Assembly: GCF_001194135.2 (NCBI RefSeq)
Contig: NC_068982.1
Location: 72,583,301-72,647,300 of the forward strand
Origin: Octopus bimaculoides
Lineage: Eukaryota
Length of the DNA stretch: 64,000 nt
Reading direction: 5' to 3'
The first letter of the stretch is position 1; each line of letters starts with the position of its first letter. Below are positions 10,581 through 23,499 of the stretch, piece after piece. The translations under genes were made by a program, and so were the position numbers. The notes beneath the pieces were generated by a model. The model was given only the letters and a program-made list of their open reading frames with translations, was not told where the DNA came from and ran no database searches.

Positions 10581-12141
10581 GGGTTTGGTGATGCAAAGAA
10601 GAAAATAGAACACATGTGAGTGTGTATGTTAGTCTCTGTGTATGTGTGTGTGTGTGTGTGCATACAAGTGTCTTAGTCATTAGTAAGTTACAAAATCCTG
10701 CAAACGGTCTTCTAAATTATTTCAAGCAAGGAATCAATGAGATCCAATGTTGAAGGTCTGTTTTTTTTTAGAACACCAGAGAATCAATACTTTAAAATTA
10801 GCTGTTTTGGTTTCACCTACATAATCTGACATCAGAAAGGTGGATTCAGCAAGTTTCTCAGTATCCCCTTGAGTGAAATAACATAGATTACTAGATTAAG
10901 GGCTATAACTTTCCTCTTCAGAAGATGACTTTGCCAATATTTCTTTTTTTAAGAATCATTTTTGTTATACTATTTTTCTCTATAAGTTATTTGTTTATGG
11001 AGAGCCATTTGATAGATTTGAATGGATAACCAAACTGTCCTTTGTGGGAATTCCATTGCTAAAAATAGTAAACTGAAATCAATCCCAGAAAAATCTAAAG
11101 AGGGAAGAGGTAGGAAGTGGGTAACTAGTTGCGGTGGTTCTTGTTCTCTACATTGGTGAAGTGAAGTATACTATAAAAATTACTTTGGTCTTTGTCGATG
11201 TTTAGTTCAAGTAGATAGATCTGAGATCTGATGAACTGACTTTGTGCGTATGTACACACACACATATACTTATATATAGATACACACACACACAAACGTG
11301 TATGTATGTTTGTGCATGAATTGATGTATGTGTGTATGTAGTAGATGTTAATGTGAATGTTTGAGTGCATGCTTGTGCATGTATGCGTATATATATGTGT
11401 GTACGTGTATTCCTTTGACATTCATGCTTGCATGGGGCAGACAGAATTCATTGAGGCAGATTTTCTACAGCCAAATGCTCTTCCTATTGCCAAACCTTAC
11501 CTGCTTCGAAGTAAGGTGATATGTTTCCATGGCTGGACACGCTTCATGGAAATTTGGCAACGAACTATACTGCTTCTCATTTGCAATTATAACATATTGT
11601 CAAGATATGGAAGCATGCATGGGTGCATACATGCATGCACAGACACATAGAGAGAGAGAAAGAGAAAGGGACAGACAAACAATACAGAAAGAGAGAAATG
11701 CTTGATTTATTGATCATCTCACCTTTTATAAGAATTAAATATTGTCATCTGCATGGTAATTGATATATGATGAATTTGCTACTAAATGTGAGATTATTTC
11801 AACTACTAAAAACAATTCCTCTATATTTTCCTTCATTTTATTCCCAATTTTATAGTATTTTGAGATATCACAATTCATTTTTAGTTTTTGCTAAGGTTTG
11901 ATGTGTAAATCTCTGTGACAGTTCACATACAGTTAATTCTCTTAGTTTTTGTTTGTTATGTTTGTGTGTGTGTATTCTATTTTACTCCCTCACACTTATC
12001 CTGCAATACAAATACATTCAAACTTAGCTTGTTTGTTTCAATGTGGCACCTTGGGCAAGTCTTTTCAAATATAGCTTCAGGCTGACCAAAGCCTTGTGAG
12101 CGGATCTGGTAGACTGAAAGAAATTTGTATATATATTGTGC

Positions 12142-12178
<37 letters not shown>

Positions 12179-12224
12179 ATAATTACAATTTTTCATTTAA
12201 TTGAAGGATTACTCAATACTTTTG

Positions 12225-12472
12225 CGAAGATGTACTTGCATAGCAAGCGACCTGATCTGAGATCGTGTGCTGAAATGAAAACAATTGCAGTGTAGATGGT
12301 GTTTATAAGTCATTTAAGAAACACACAAAATTTAATTTGCCAAAATATTTTTGTCGCTTTGAGACCGCGACGAAAATATTTTGGCAAATTAAATTTAAAT
12401 GTTGAAGTGAATCTAACAGTTTTTGTGTGTTTCCTAAATGGCTAATAAACACCTTCCATGCTGCAATTGTTG
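12225..12472. repeat. Fold-back (palindromic) element flanked by a 12-bp direct repeat
   Basis: Central near-perfect hairpin aaatttaatttgccaaaatattttt-gtcgc/tttgagacc/gcgac-gaaaatattttggcaaattaaattt. Outer arms 'aattgcagtgtagatggtgtttataagtcatttaagaaacacacaaaa' and 'ttttgtgtgtttcctaaatggctaataaacaccttccatgctgcaatt'. The sequence tcaatacttttg occurs at 12213-12224 and 12473-12484. Confidence 0.85.
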
Positions 12473-13225
12473 TCAATACTTTTGGTAGAGCACAAATTGT
12501 GTGTGTGTTTGTTTAACAACAATATATATTAGAGGGAGCAGTAGTGGCTAGTAGCAAGTACACATTGCTGACAAGGTCCAAAAAGGCTGGAATGCATCTG
12601 ACATTCTCACTTACAACAGCTGGATACATTTTTCATCTCCCCTTGAACATGTCAGAAGGATTCTATCTTAGACAAAAACCAGAGTAACTTGCCTGTCAAT
12701 GGTTTAAGATTCTTTTATTCTTTTACTTGTTTCAGTCATTTGACTGTGGCCATGCTGGGGCACTGCCCTGAAGATGGCTATTATAATTTAACACTACTTC
12801 AGTCACCAGATTATTAATAAACTAATATTTGTCAGAATTCCAACGTAGTGTAAAAAAAAATCTATATTAGACACACAATATACAACTATTGAGATGTGAT
12901 AGATATTAATAGGCAATAAGCAGACCTCCAATCATAGTCTATTGATATAGGACAACAAATAATAAGTTAGAATTGTATAACTGGCATAAGGTAGTGTATG
13001 ACCAAGTATATAAAAACTGTATAGAGCACAGACAACATGTTCTATAGATAAAGTTAGTAGAGGTAGACAGCTAAGTCATAAACTACTTGATGCCAGAGTT
13101 GAAGAATATATTGCACTTTTGTGATAAAAATAAACTCGTTCTATTTGAATGTGGCTTATCATGTTGTTCACTGACCAAAATTTGCTGTGAGCAGCATGGC
13201 ACTAATGTACTATTAATCTTTACCC

Positions 13226-13458
13226 TTAACCCTTCGATACTTGCATATCTGCTAGAGCCTGTCTTTATTTCTATGATACAAATTTCTAGTTTTAAATGTG
13301 ATGTAAATTAAAACTGTTCTTCAAAATTTCATGTTCATTTACATTTTAAATACTGGCTTAATAAGAATAAAATTATTTGAGTAAATTCATCATTATTTTC
13401 AAAATTAATTGAAACAAAGGTAGTGTATTTTACAAAAATATGTTAACAAGAGGGTTAC
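13226..13458. mobile_element. TTAA-type (piggyBac-like) MITE, family P2
   Basis: Ends are ttaaccctt.. and ..agggttac. The internal sequence is shared with 37879-38102 (reverse orientation) and 62656-62871. Confidence 0.7.
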
Positions 13459-13829
13459 TCTGGCCTAAAAACTACAAATCATTTTGAGCTAATGTAGAGC
13501 AAGTGTCTACATAGTTTCTTGACCTGCTAGAAATGGCAGGTAAATCTTTCCTAAATGATGACCTCTATTATGTTTTAAAAGAGAAAGGTCACATTGAATA
13601 ATGTCATCAAGAGTAGAGGTTCTCACGCTCCTCACCATCTATCAGCAACACCAAAATAAATTAGTGAAAGTTTTTGGTGTCTACCTGCTTAATAACATTT
13701 CCTAGATTAGGCTCACCAGAAGCCTGAGCGGCTTGTGAAACTTCAAGTAATACAGAACTGAATCAAACTGTTTTAAATAATATATATATGCGTGCGCGCA
13801 TGTGTGTGTGTGTACTCTTCTTGACATCA

Positions 13830-14275
13830 AGTGATGGCTGTAAACAAGCATCACTGTTATATAAGCGATGATGTTCATTTCCAGTCTCTTATGAAAAACT
13901 TATCTCGCCATAAGGAAATATTACCTTGCTTGGAAACTCATGATGGTAGGTGACAGGAAAGGGATTCTACTGTAGTGAATCAGCCTCAACAAGTTCTGTC
14001 TGATTCATGCAAGCACGAAAAGTAGATGTTAACTGATGATGATGGTGATGATAATTATATTAATAAAATGTTTTCTAGCTTAATCCCAAGGCCACAGATT
14101 TTGAGAATGGGGAACAGCTGTTTGTCACTTGGAGGACTAGGGAAATATTACTTTGCTTGAAATCAAGTGATGGTTGGTGACAGGAAGGGCATCCAGCCAT
14201 AGAGAAATTATCTCAAAAAATTTTGTCTAACCCATGCAAGTATGCAAAACTGGATGTTAAGATGATGACGATGAT
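13830..14275 (+). mobile_element. Two tandem copies of SINE-like family D (gat-repeat tail)
   Basis: The block 'ggaaatattac.ttgcttg.aa..a.tgatggt.ggtgacaggaa.gg.at.c...c.tag..aa...cctcaa..a.tt.tgtct.a..catgcaag.a.g.aaa..gatgttaa..gatgatgatg' occurs twice. Confidence 0.7.
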
Positions 14276-16908
14276 GGTACATAAGAGCGTATGTATCTGA
14301 CACGTTAAAAGATATTGTGTTTAAGAGTGTAAGCCCTAAAGTGCTTGATGCTGCCATGGTAGATATAGTCCTTTATTCCCTCTCGCACACAACATACACA
14401 TGAAAGTTATGGCCTATGGACATGAGGCAGCTTTTATAGCTTGTTTTCAGAGCAATACAAACACATAAACTGTGGTACATTGTTGAAGTAACAGATATGT
14501 GCAGCTAACAGTACTTCATGAATTGCTGCTACAGCAATATATACAGTGCACTCAGCATGCTGGCATATTGACATGTTTGGAATGCATATTTAATAACTAT
14601 TTAATAGCATCTCTTCAATGCAAATTGCTGCACTAGCACCTTAACAATGTTTTGTGAATAGTTAGTGGGACTGCATACTAAACAGTATAAAATGTAAGAA
14701 GTGAAAAAACCTGATAAGTTTTTTTTTCTGTAATAAAATAATACAAACAAAAATATGAAACAAATCTAATTAAATTATCAAAAACAAACAAAAATATAAA
14801 AAGAAAGAAAATGAAAAAATGCTGCATGCATAGATGTTGAGTGGGTAATTTAAGGCACAGGTGTGGCTGTATGGTAAAAAGTTTGCTTCCCAATTACATG
14901 GTTCTGGGTTCAGTCCTACTGCATAGCACCTTGGGCAAGAGTCTTCTACTATAGCTGACTGAAGCTTTGTAAGTGGATATGGTGGGCAGGAACTGAAAGA
15001 AGCCTAGTTTTCTAACCACTTAGTCACATCTGCACCTCTGCTGTAGAATTATGTTGTCATGGATTAGCAGGGCACAGAATGGTGAGTGTTAAGTATATCA
15101 TGGTTTATTGTAAAATGTAATGAAATTATAGTAAAAGAGAAGAAAAAACAACCCGTTTTAGTATAAAATAATTGGTGTCATGTGTGAGCTATGTAAAGCA
15201 TGTGATACAATGGAATAGCAAAATGCAAATAGGCATACTGTGTAATTATACAGAATGAAATTATATATTACTGTATCATGTAGTGAAATATGATGTGACA
15301 TTCAAATTGACTGATGAAGTATTGTATATTTTAGTGCAGTGTTGTATAGGACAGTGTGGATGAAGTAGACATGTATGCAGTACTTTAGGATTATTATACT
15401 ATTGTGGGCAATGGTTTACCATGGCTAAGAAATAACACCTAATGTTATCATGCTTTTGGTAACATACAGGATATGAGTACCTAATTTACTAACGAGCTGT
15501 ACCATTTATTCATAATTACTGAAAATTAAAAATTAAAATTATAATTTTTCTGTATAACTCAGAAAGAAGAATAACATAGATGAGGCAAAAAAAATATTAA
15601 AAAAAGGTGAGATAGAGAAAGAGAGAGAATCAAGGAAGTTGAAAGGTCAGAAGTCAATGTTTCCTGATTAGATTTTTTTTTTGCCCTATAGCTTCATAGG
15701 AAGCATGACCTTTCACCTTTAAAATATCTTAAATAATAACAAGCATCAGCAGCATTAATTTTTTTTTTTAGCAATAGGAGGGATAAGATTTAAAATAAAA
15801 ATAAAAGAAAGATAAAAAACTCTAAAATTAATTCTAAAATTCTATAAATTCAGTTTTCTCATATTTTCTATGAATTTGGAGACATTGATTCAACTCAAGA
15901 ATTCTTTATTTTCAGGGTGAATCTGGAATTAAGACCTGTCCACACCCCACCTCGCATATCAAGTCTATGTAACATTTATGTTGCTAATGTTCTTGACATT
16001 TATGTTACTAGGCCCTTGACATTTATTGTTGCAAATGTCCTTCACCTTATGCATCTGGGAGGATCTGAAAATTCAATGGGAGCCTTGCCCTCCTCTTGCG
16101 ATATAACAAAAGAAAATAAATAAGCAAAAACGACCAATCAACAGAAGGAATTTAACATTGTGAAGAATACGATGACTGCAGGGTAGAAGTTTTCAAAGAG
16201 ATCACAAATGGAGAATCTCAGGAACAAGAGAACAACCTATTACTTCCTTTATAAAACTGGTAAATCATCATCATCATTTACTGTCCATTTTCCCATTCTT
16301 GTATGGGTCAGATGGAATTTGTTGCAGTAGATTTTCTACAGCCAGATGCTCTTCTTATTGCCAACCACTACCTCTTTCCAGGTAAGGTAATATTATGACG
16401 ATGACACTCATTTACAACTATCACGTGATGCCAGACAAAGATATACACAAGTATACACACACACACACGGGGCTTCTTTCAGTTTCTGTCAACCAAATCT
16501 GCTATAGTAAAAAACTGAGACCACATGGTTGGCAAGCAAGCTTCTCAACAACACAGCTACAGCCACATATATGTGAACAACGTGAAAAAATTTCTTTTCA
16601 TAAAGCAACACAAATTAGGTAGTTTTTTCTAAGCATTTTCACAGTTACTTTTGTTTAATTCCATGTTAGTTCTGATTTGATTGAACATATGATCATATAA
16701 AAGGCAGTCCATCCATAACCATCCCATTTTCACCCCCTAGACATAGTACATTCAAGATTACATCATCCAATGCTAGAGTCTCTGTTTCTCACAGTAATTA
16801 AACTTACCATACCTGATAGTATATAAGAAGTACTTTTTTCCAAAGAAATGTTTCGAAAACGCACCTCAGGTCCTATAAGTGAAATTGAGTCTATATTTTT
16901 TTCTACTC

Positions 16909-17101
16909 TAGGCAGAAGGCCCGAAATTTTTGGGGAGGGGACCAGTTGATTAGATCAACTTCAGTATGCAACTGGTACTTAATTTATCGACCTTGAAAAG
17001 ATGAAAGGCAAAGTGGAATTTGAACTCAGAACATAAAGACAGATGAAATACCGCTAAGCATTTCACCCGGCATACTAATATTTCTGCTAGCTCACCGCCT
17101 T
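16909..17101 (-). mobile_element. tRNA-derived SINE, family A
   Basis: Reverse complement of 'aaggcggtgagctagcagaa..aaatgcttagcggtatttc..ttctgagttcaaattcc..tttgcctttcatc..ggtcgataaattaagtaccag'. Confidence 0.85.
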
Positions 17102-17673
17102 AGAAATTGGGTCTATATTACCTACCTTAATGCATTGAAAACTTTTACCCTGAATATTTGCAGCTGAAATTGGGAGTGTATTTAATATGCCCATGTGTCT
17201 TTTATACTGTTAAATATAGTCCTAGACTTTCTCATATATTAATTACTGCCAATGCTGACCATCGCTACTTTCCTTGGATTTGGGGTTTTTGGTTTTACCT
17301 CACTTTACATCAACCAATGTATTTTTTCTGTTTTAAGATGGTAGGGTATAATTTGAGGTGGATCAAGTTGAGTCACCTCATTGAGGTTACGTCATTGGTT
17401 ACAAACAAAAATCAGCAAATGCTAGCTATAAAATCAATAATTTGCTCAGACTGAAGCTACCTAAAAAGAATGTTGTTCTCATGTGATGAAACACAACAGT
17501 GATTAGCATATTCCTGTTCAAATCTGCCAGAATATATTGAGAATAAATATACAAGTCATTGTTTTGATTCTCACTGTTCATTGTGAAAATAATGATTTAT
17601 TATCAACAAACAGTTTGCTTAAGCTATAATGAAGACCATAAGCTCTTGTTAAAATTCATTGGTCCAAGGGTGC

Positions 17674-17721
17674 TTCTGGCTGAGGAGACACAACAATATT
17701 GAAACACCAGCTGTCCCAGAA
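17674..17721 (+). ncRNA. Minimal type I hammerhead ribozyme motif
   Basis: ttctgg-CTGAGGA-gacacaacaatatt-GAAAC-accagct-GTC-ccagaa. Stem I is a perfect 6 bp (ttctgg/ccagaa), the catalytic core is intact and the cleavage triplet is GUC. Stem II is eroded by transitions. Confidence 0.75.
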
Positions 17722-17752
17722 TTTCTTATTCTAATGAATCGAGTATGTTATG

Positions 17753-17788
<36 letters not shown>

Positions 17789-18391
17789 TACAAAGGAGAA
17801 ACTGTCCTGTGGTAAGACAACAGTATATTCATATTTAAATCTGCCATAATATATTGCAAATAAATATGCAAGTCATTGTATGCAAGGAAAACAAAAAAAA
17901 AAAGAAAGAAAGAAAGGAAATAAGAAAAAAAAATCTCTTAAATATTGTTAATATGAATATTAAAAAAATGCCTTAATCAGTGAATCTGAAAATGTCTCAA
18001 GTATAGAGTAAGAAAAATAATGACTCCAATTTATGTAAAATCATGAGTTTTAAACATTATTTTAAAGTAAGTTTTCTAAATGCAATGTTTTCCTTACGAT
18101 AAGTTTAAATCTATTTTAGGGAATTGATCCATCTGATCAATTTAAAGCCAGATAAGAATGTATGTCTCTTCATCACTCATTTTAAGTTAAACATCAGTCT
18201 GACAGTTACACCAATTAACTAGCTTCATGTTACAATTGATATGCAGAAGCATCGACAAGCATGTAAATAAGGTTTTGTTAATGTTGTATTTCAAAGTGAA
18301 TTCATCCAAGGCTTTTTTTTTAACCCAATGTATTACAAACCATTGTTTGTAGCCGAAAACACCAATAAGAAAAAAGAAAACAAAGAGAAAA

Positions 18392-18664
18392 AGAAAGCAG
18401 ATTGTGGGATTTGAACATCGCATCTTTTGTAACCCAGACAGATGTGCTACCAATTACAGTGAAGTAACTCTGTAGTCTTTCTTTGATCAAATTAAACACT
18501 ATTGACACTTCTACATCTATGCTCTAAATATAATCAAACTTTCTTGTTGAAAAGCACAAAGCATTTAATTTGATGGAAGAAATGTGGTCGCCTGCTTTAA
18601 TGTTATTGGTAGCAAGTCTGTCTGGGTTACAGAAGTAGGATTTGAATCCTGCAATCAGCTTTCT
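18392..18664. repeat. Inverted pair of tRNA-like ~75-bp arms (divergent), ~125-bp spacer
   Basis: The reverse complement of 18392-18466 (tgtaattggtagcacatctgtctgggttacaaaagatgcgatgttcaaatcccacaatctgctttct) matches 18593-18664. A-box and B-box-like motifs are present, but there is no complete cloverleaf. Confidence 0.75.
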
Positions 18665-18799
18665 ACCTTCCTTTTCTTTCCATCCAATGTAAAAATAAAC
18701 CATTAATTTATCGCTGAATTTGTTTTGAGACACATGATTGACTTTTAACATCCTGCTGAAGATTTTCTGAGTCAAAAATTCAGTCCTGTAATGATTCTG

Positions 18800-19021
18800 T
18801 TAACCCTTTAGCGTTCAGACTACTCTGTCAAATGTAATGCTTATTTATTCACATTGTTTTGAATTAATCATGTATTATCTCACACCTTTGAAATTTCAAT
18901 GATGTTTATTTTTGGAATGACATTGTAGGGTAGGTGTGACAGATTGAATCTGGCTAGTTTGAACACAAAAAAGGCTAAGTATTTGGGCTGGATATGGCTG
19001 GTTTAAATGCTAAAGGGTTAA
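18800..19021. mobile_element. TTAA-type (piggyBac-like) MITE, family P1
   Basis: TIRs ttaaccctttagcgtt and aatgctaaagggttaa with TTAA at both ends. A second copy lies at 44824-45049. Confidence 0.85.
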
Positions 19022-20003
19022 AGAGCAGTAATTAATGATAGAAGAAAAGATTAGAGCTTTCTCTTTTACAAAGAGAAATTCCTCATTGCCTTCAAAATGA
19101 ATATCAACAAGGTTAGTACAATTCTTGTGATATTGTATGATTCAGGACTGGCTGGACAATGCAGTCTCACGTGGTACTGTGTTTCACAGGAAATTAGGGT
19201 TAATACAACTGATATTGTTTAGTTAGTACTGTGCTGAGTACCCTTGAGCATCTTGATATTATAAAGGCTTAATGCAGCCTCTTAGTTTCAGCACAGGCTT
19301 TCTGTGAGAAACTCATAGAGCAAAACAATCTAACTATGAGCATGTAACAGGAAGATATTATACATACTTCAAATAGGTATGGTTTCTTAATTTACTTCTT
19401 ACTCTACTTTGATATAGGTTTCACCTGAAACATAAGTCCACTTCATTTCCTTTTCCATTTTACAGCATACAGTTGACTGTGCACAAATTTTATTATTATT
19501 ATAACTTTCTTGTGTGTTTACATTTTGTCCATCACTTTACAAATTTATGTCTACTCGTTGTAACCTCTCGCATTGTCCATCTGTCCATCACTTGTTTCAC
19601 TTGTTCCATTTGTGCTATTTTACCTAATTATAAGTATTGTTATCTGGACAAAAGTAGTTCAAGTCCTCAACTTTCACAAGCAGAGAATAATTAAGAACAA
19701 AAGCATCTAAGAAGTTATAAGGAATGAAGTCAAACAAAACTATGGATCAATATTTTATGAATTAAACAATTAGCTTTTATTGTTTGTTGGTTAGGGCACT
19801 AAAGAAAGAGTAAACATGCTGACTAAATGCCTTTAAATATCCATTTAATTTCTCAGTCCTGAGTTCAATTCCAGCTAAGAGTGAACTACTGAAGGGAGAA
19901 AGCTTAAAATAAATAAGTCGTACACTAGGACTGAATCAAATGACTACAAACTACTCTAAAAATGATGTTGATCAATATTATTATTATTATTATTATTATT
20001 ACT

Positions 20004-20550
20004 AAGGCAGTGAGCTGGCTGAACCGTTAACACACTGGACAAAATGCTTAGCGGTATTTCGCCCATCCCTACATTCTGAGTTCAAATTCTGCTGAGGTCA
20101 ACTTTGCCTTTCATCCTTTCAGGGTCGATAAAATAAGTACCAGTTGAACACTGGGGTGGATATAATCGACTCATCTCTTCCCCCAAAATTGCTGCCTTTG
20201 TGGCAAAATTTGAAACCATTATTATCTTTACTATTATTATTATTATTATTATTAAGGCAGTGAGCTGGCACAAGTATTAACACTCAGGGCAAAATGCTTA
20301 GTTGCAGTTCATCCATCTTTATGTTCTGAGTTCAAATTCTGCCAAAGTCGACTTTGCCTTTCATCTTTTTTGGGTGGGTTGATAAAATAAGTACCAGTGG
20401 AGCACTGGGGTTGATGTGGTCGACTTACCTCTCCCTGGAAATTGCTGGCCTTGAGCCAAAATTTGAAACCAATATTAATATTATCATTATTAAGGTGGTG
20501 AGCTGGCAGAATCATTAGCACGCTGGACAAAATGCTTAACAGTATTTATT
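20004..20550 (+). mobile_element. Head-to-tail array of SINE family A (2 full + 1 partial) separated by (ATT)n
   Basis: The head 'aaggcagtgagctggc..aaatgcttag' appears three times, each after an att-repeat. Confidence 0.85.
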
Positions 20551-20559
20551 CTGAGTTCT

Positions 20560-21180
20560 TATAAATCATACTCTCCCATCCTTCCATAATACCGGTTCCC
20601 ATATGCTGCTCATATCTGCACTCGGTCTGCTTAGGAGGTTGTTGTGTCCTAGCATATATGCTGCTTCTTTTAGTTTTCGTATTTTCCAGTGGTGTTCTCT
20701 GTCTATTATTTTAACTTCATTCCACAGGGGGAGGTGGTCTCCATTTTTCCATACATGACCAACTATACTCGATTTATCAATATCTCCTCATGTCACAGCT
20801 TTGCGATGTTCCTCTACCCTTATTTTGAGGGGGCAACATGTTTCACCTGTGTATAACCTACCACAGCTGTATGGAATGGAGTATACAGTTTTTGGTCATA
20901 TTCTCTTCTTTTGATGGTTTTACTTGAAGGAGATATTTGTGAAGTGTTGTATTACTTTTGAATATTGTCCTGATGTCATATGAGCCACATATCTTTTGTA
21001 TCTTTTCGGAGTGGCCTTTCACATAGGGCAGACAGACTGTGGACAGTTTATTGGTTTCATCCTCTCTGTTCTTCATAATTAGAGCGGATAGTATGTTTTT
21101 GGGGTAGTTGTTGCTTAATAGATTGTTACTGAGCTTGATCATTTCTTCGAGTTGGGTATCATAATAGCTGAAGGCTGGAG
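20560..21180 (-). pseudogene. Penelope-like element (Penelope/Poseidon-type) thumb + GIY-YIG fragment
   Basis: Translation gives 'NNYPKNI..LPYVKGHSEKIQKI..DIRTIFKSNTTL', then after a frameshift 'YSIPYSCGRLYTGETCCPLKIRVEEHRK..KSSIVGHVW..WNEVKIIDREHHWKIRKLKEA'. Confidence 0.9.
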
Positions 21181-21926
21181 GGTAGATCAGCTGAAACATT
21201 GTGTTAACAACAAACAAGATGAGGACAAATATCTGTCAAATGTAAATAATGTACATAATTCCTCATCTCTTAAATATAGAACTACTTAAATAGTATTCTA
21301 TTTTATCAACCCCAGAGTGCTGGAAAGGCAAATTTTGACCTTAACGAGGTTTGATCTCAGAGTAAAGTGTGTTAGACAAAAATAACACAAGGCAATTTTT
21401 GTCTGATGCTCTAATGATTCTGCCAAGTTTACAGTGAAATGAAAAAGCAAGAAAGAGAAAGAAAAAAAAATGGTAATAATAAATAGAAGCAAAAAAAAAA
21501 ACCTACAGAAAAGAAGATACAGCATTGCTATATTTGATCTCTTGTTACATAAAAAAGAAATCAGTAATATGGATGTTGTGTCTCTGGAAAGACATGTTTA
21601 TTTAGTTTTTAAATATGCTGAGATTTTCTAATCGTCTTTTTTAAAAATGCTGAATTAAAATAGATGAAAAAAAAAAGTATAAAGACTTTTGAAACATTAA
21701 AGAACTAACTGTATGACCTTTATTTCAATGAAATGTCAGTAGGTTACAATGTTTGTGCAGTGATGCAGAAGGATTGCTTTCAGCCTCTCTGCAGCTCAGC
21801 TTTTTGCATTGAAACTGGCGCCAAAATGTATGTAGAGATAATGTAAGAAAGAAAGGGCAGGTGCTTGCAAAATGCAGCTTTCAACACACACACACACACA
21901 GAGGTATACGTATTTATACTTGTTGA

Positions 21927-21988
<62 letters not shown>

Positions 21989-22639
21989 GCACACACACAC
22001 ACACACACACACAGAGGATTGCAGACTGATGCAGTGCTGGAGAAGATTCACCCACCTGTGCAAAAATGACAGTGACAATGATGGTGGTGATGGAGGCTGT
22101 GAGTTACATATCTACATTTAAAATTATTACTTAATATATTCCTGTTAAGTCTCTGTCTGCTTTCCTTGCTGTCTATGTTTGGGCCTATTGCCCAAACATA
22201 CCCCTGTTGTAACTAGGGCAACCATATATCTCCCATGCAACAAGACACTTGGTTCTCGTCCCTCAATCATACTTTAACTTCTTCTGGTGCACGCGCATGT
22301 GTGTGTAAATTAAAACAAAATAACAAAGGAGAATGAAATCAAATTGACAGTTTCAGAAATTGTGCAAAAATTTCCAATAGAAACATTCCATTAAGCATAT
22401 ACTAATTATTGAGACACTGCATATATACTTTGGTTTGTTATAACACTCTAAAACATGTAGTCCTATGCCCAAAGTGGATTTGAACATGGACTGAACAACT
22501 TTGTAGATTATGATATGAGTACCTCAATACTTAATTACACTGATAACATTTCGTGTTAAACCCTAGAGTCATATTTAACACATTTGCATACATTTGGACA
22601 TGAAAAGACAATGTACACAAAGATGTTAGATAAGGCTGT

Positions 22640-22950
22640 ACATAACTAATTCATTCAATGCTTGCTTAGTGCACACCCTAGTATTTATGCATCTAATCCA
22701 CACTGTAAAGTAGTTGGCACTGGGAAGGGCATTCAGCTGTAAAAACCATGCCAAAACTGACCTCACCTGTGCTGGTGCCACATAAAAAACACTCAGTCCA
22801 CTCTGCTGGGTGGTTGGTATTAGGAAGGGCATTCAGCCATAAAAACCATGCCAAAACAAACACAGTAGCCTGGTGTCGTCTTCTACTTGGCCGACTCCTG
22901 TCAAACCATCTAACCCATGCCAGCATGGAAGGAGGACTTTAAATGGTGAT
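22640..22950 (+). mobile_element. SINE-like family D with internal ~80-bp duplication
   Basis: 'ggaagggcattcagc..taaaaaccatgccaaaac' occurs twice, followed by 'cctgtcaaaccatctaacccatgccagcatggaaggaggactttaaatggtgatgatgatga'. Confidence 0.75.
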
Positions 22951-22999
22951 GATGATGAGACATGTTTAATGATTTTAAATATCGAGATTATATATACAT

Positions 23000-23038
<39 letters not shown>

Positions 23039-23499
23039 CAGATAGATGCAATGGTTTAAAACAAGAAACCAGAAACAAGAAGTAAAACAATGAAGCTGTT
23101 CAAAGAATTTGTACTTCGGCACATGATGGAATGCACTAACTGTATTTTAAGTAGACACTTAAAGATATGAAAGTGCTATGAGATTCTTGAAACATTTACC
23201 ACACTGGCAAACTTCCTTGATTTTTCTCTGTAGATTCACCTCTCGCACATTTCTCCCTACTACAAGAAGAAAAACGGGTCAGATGAAATTTGTTGAGGTA
23301 GATTTTCTATGGCTAGATGCACTTCCTGTTGCTAACTCTTCACCTCTTTCTAATCAAGGTGACATTTACTTCAGCTCTTTTCCACATAATGGCTGAATAT
23401 GTTTTCATGGAATACTGCAAATGAATGACACTGCTTGTATGATGGTGTCAAGTCAAGTAAATATGAGCACACATAAAGGAAATCATTTATTAATATTTA

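Noticed and set aside
13090-13200. Minus-strand 'KPHSNRTS' resembling a PLE endonuclease
   Set aside because: The similarity is too short and needs frameshifts, and there is no flanking motif support.
15916-16123. 68-aa ORF after a tttcag acceptor
   Set aside because: The frame is partly built from three ~24-bp tandem units (acatttatgttgctaatgttcttg-like) and no product is recognisable.
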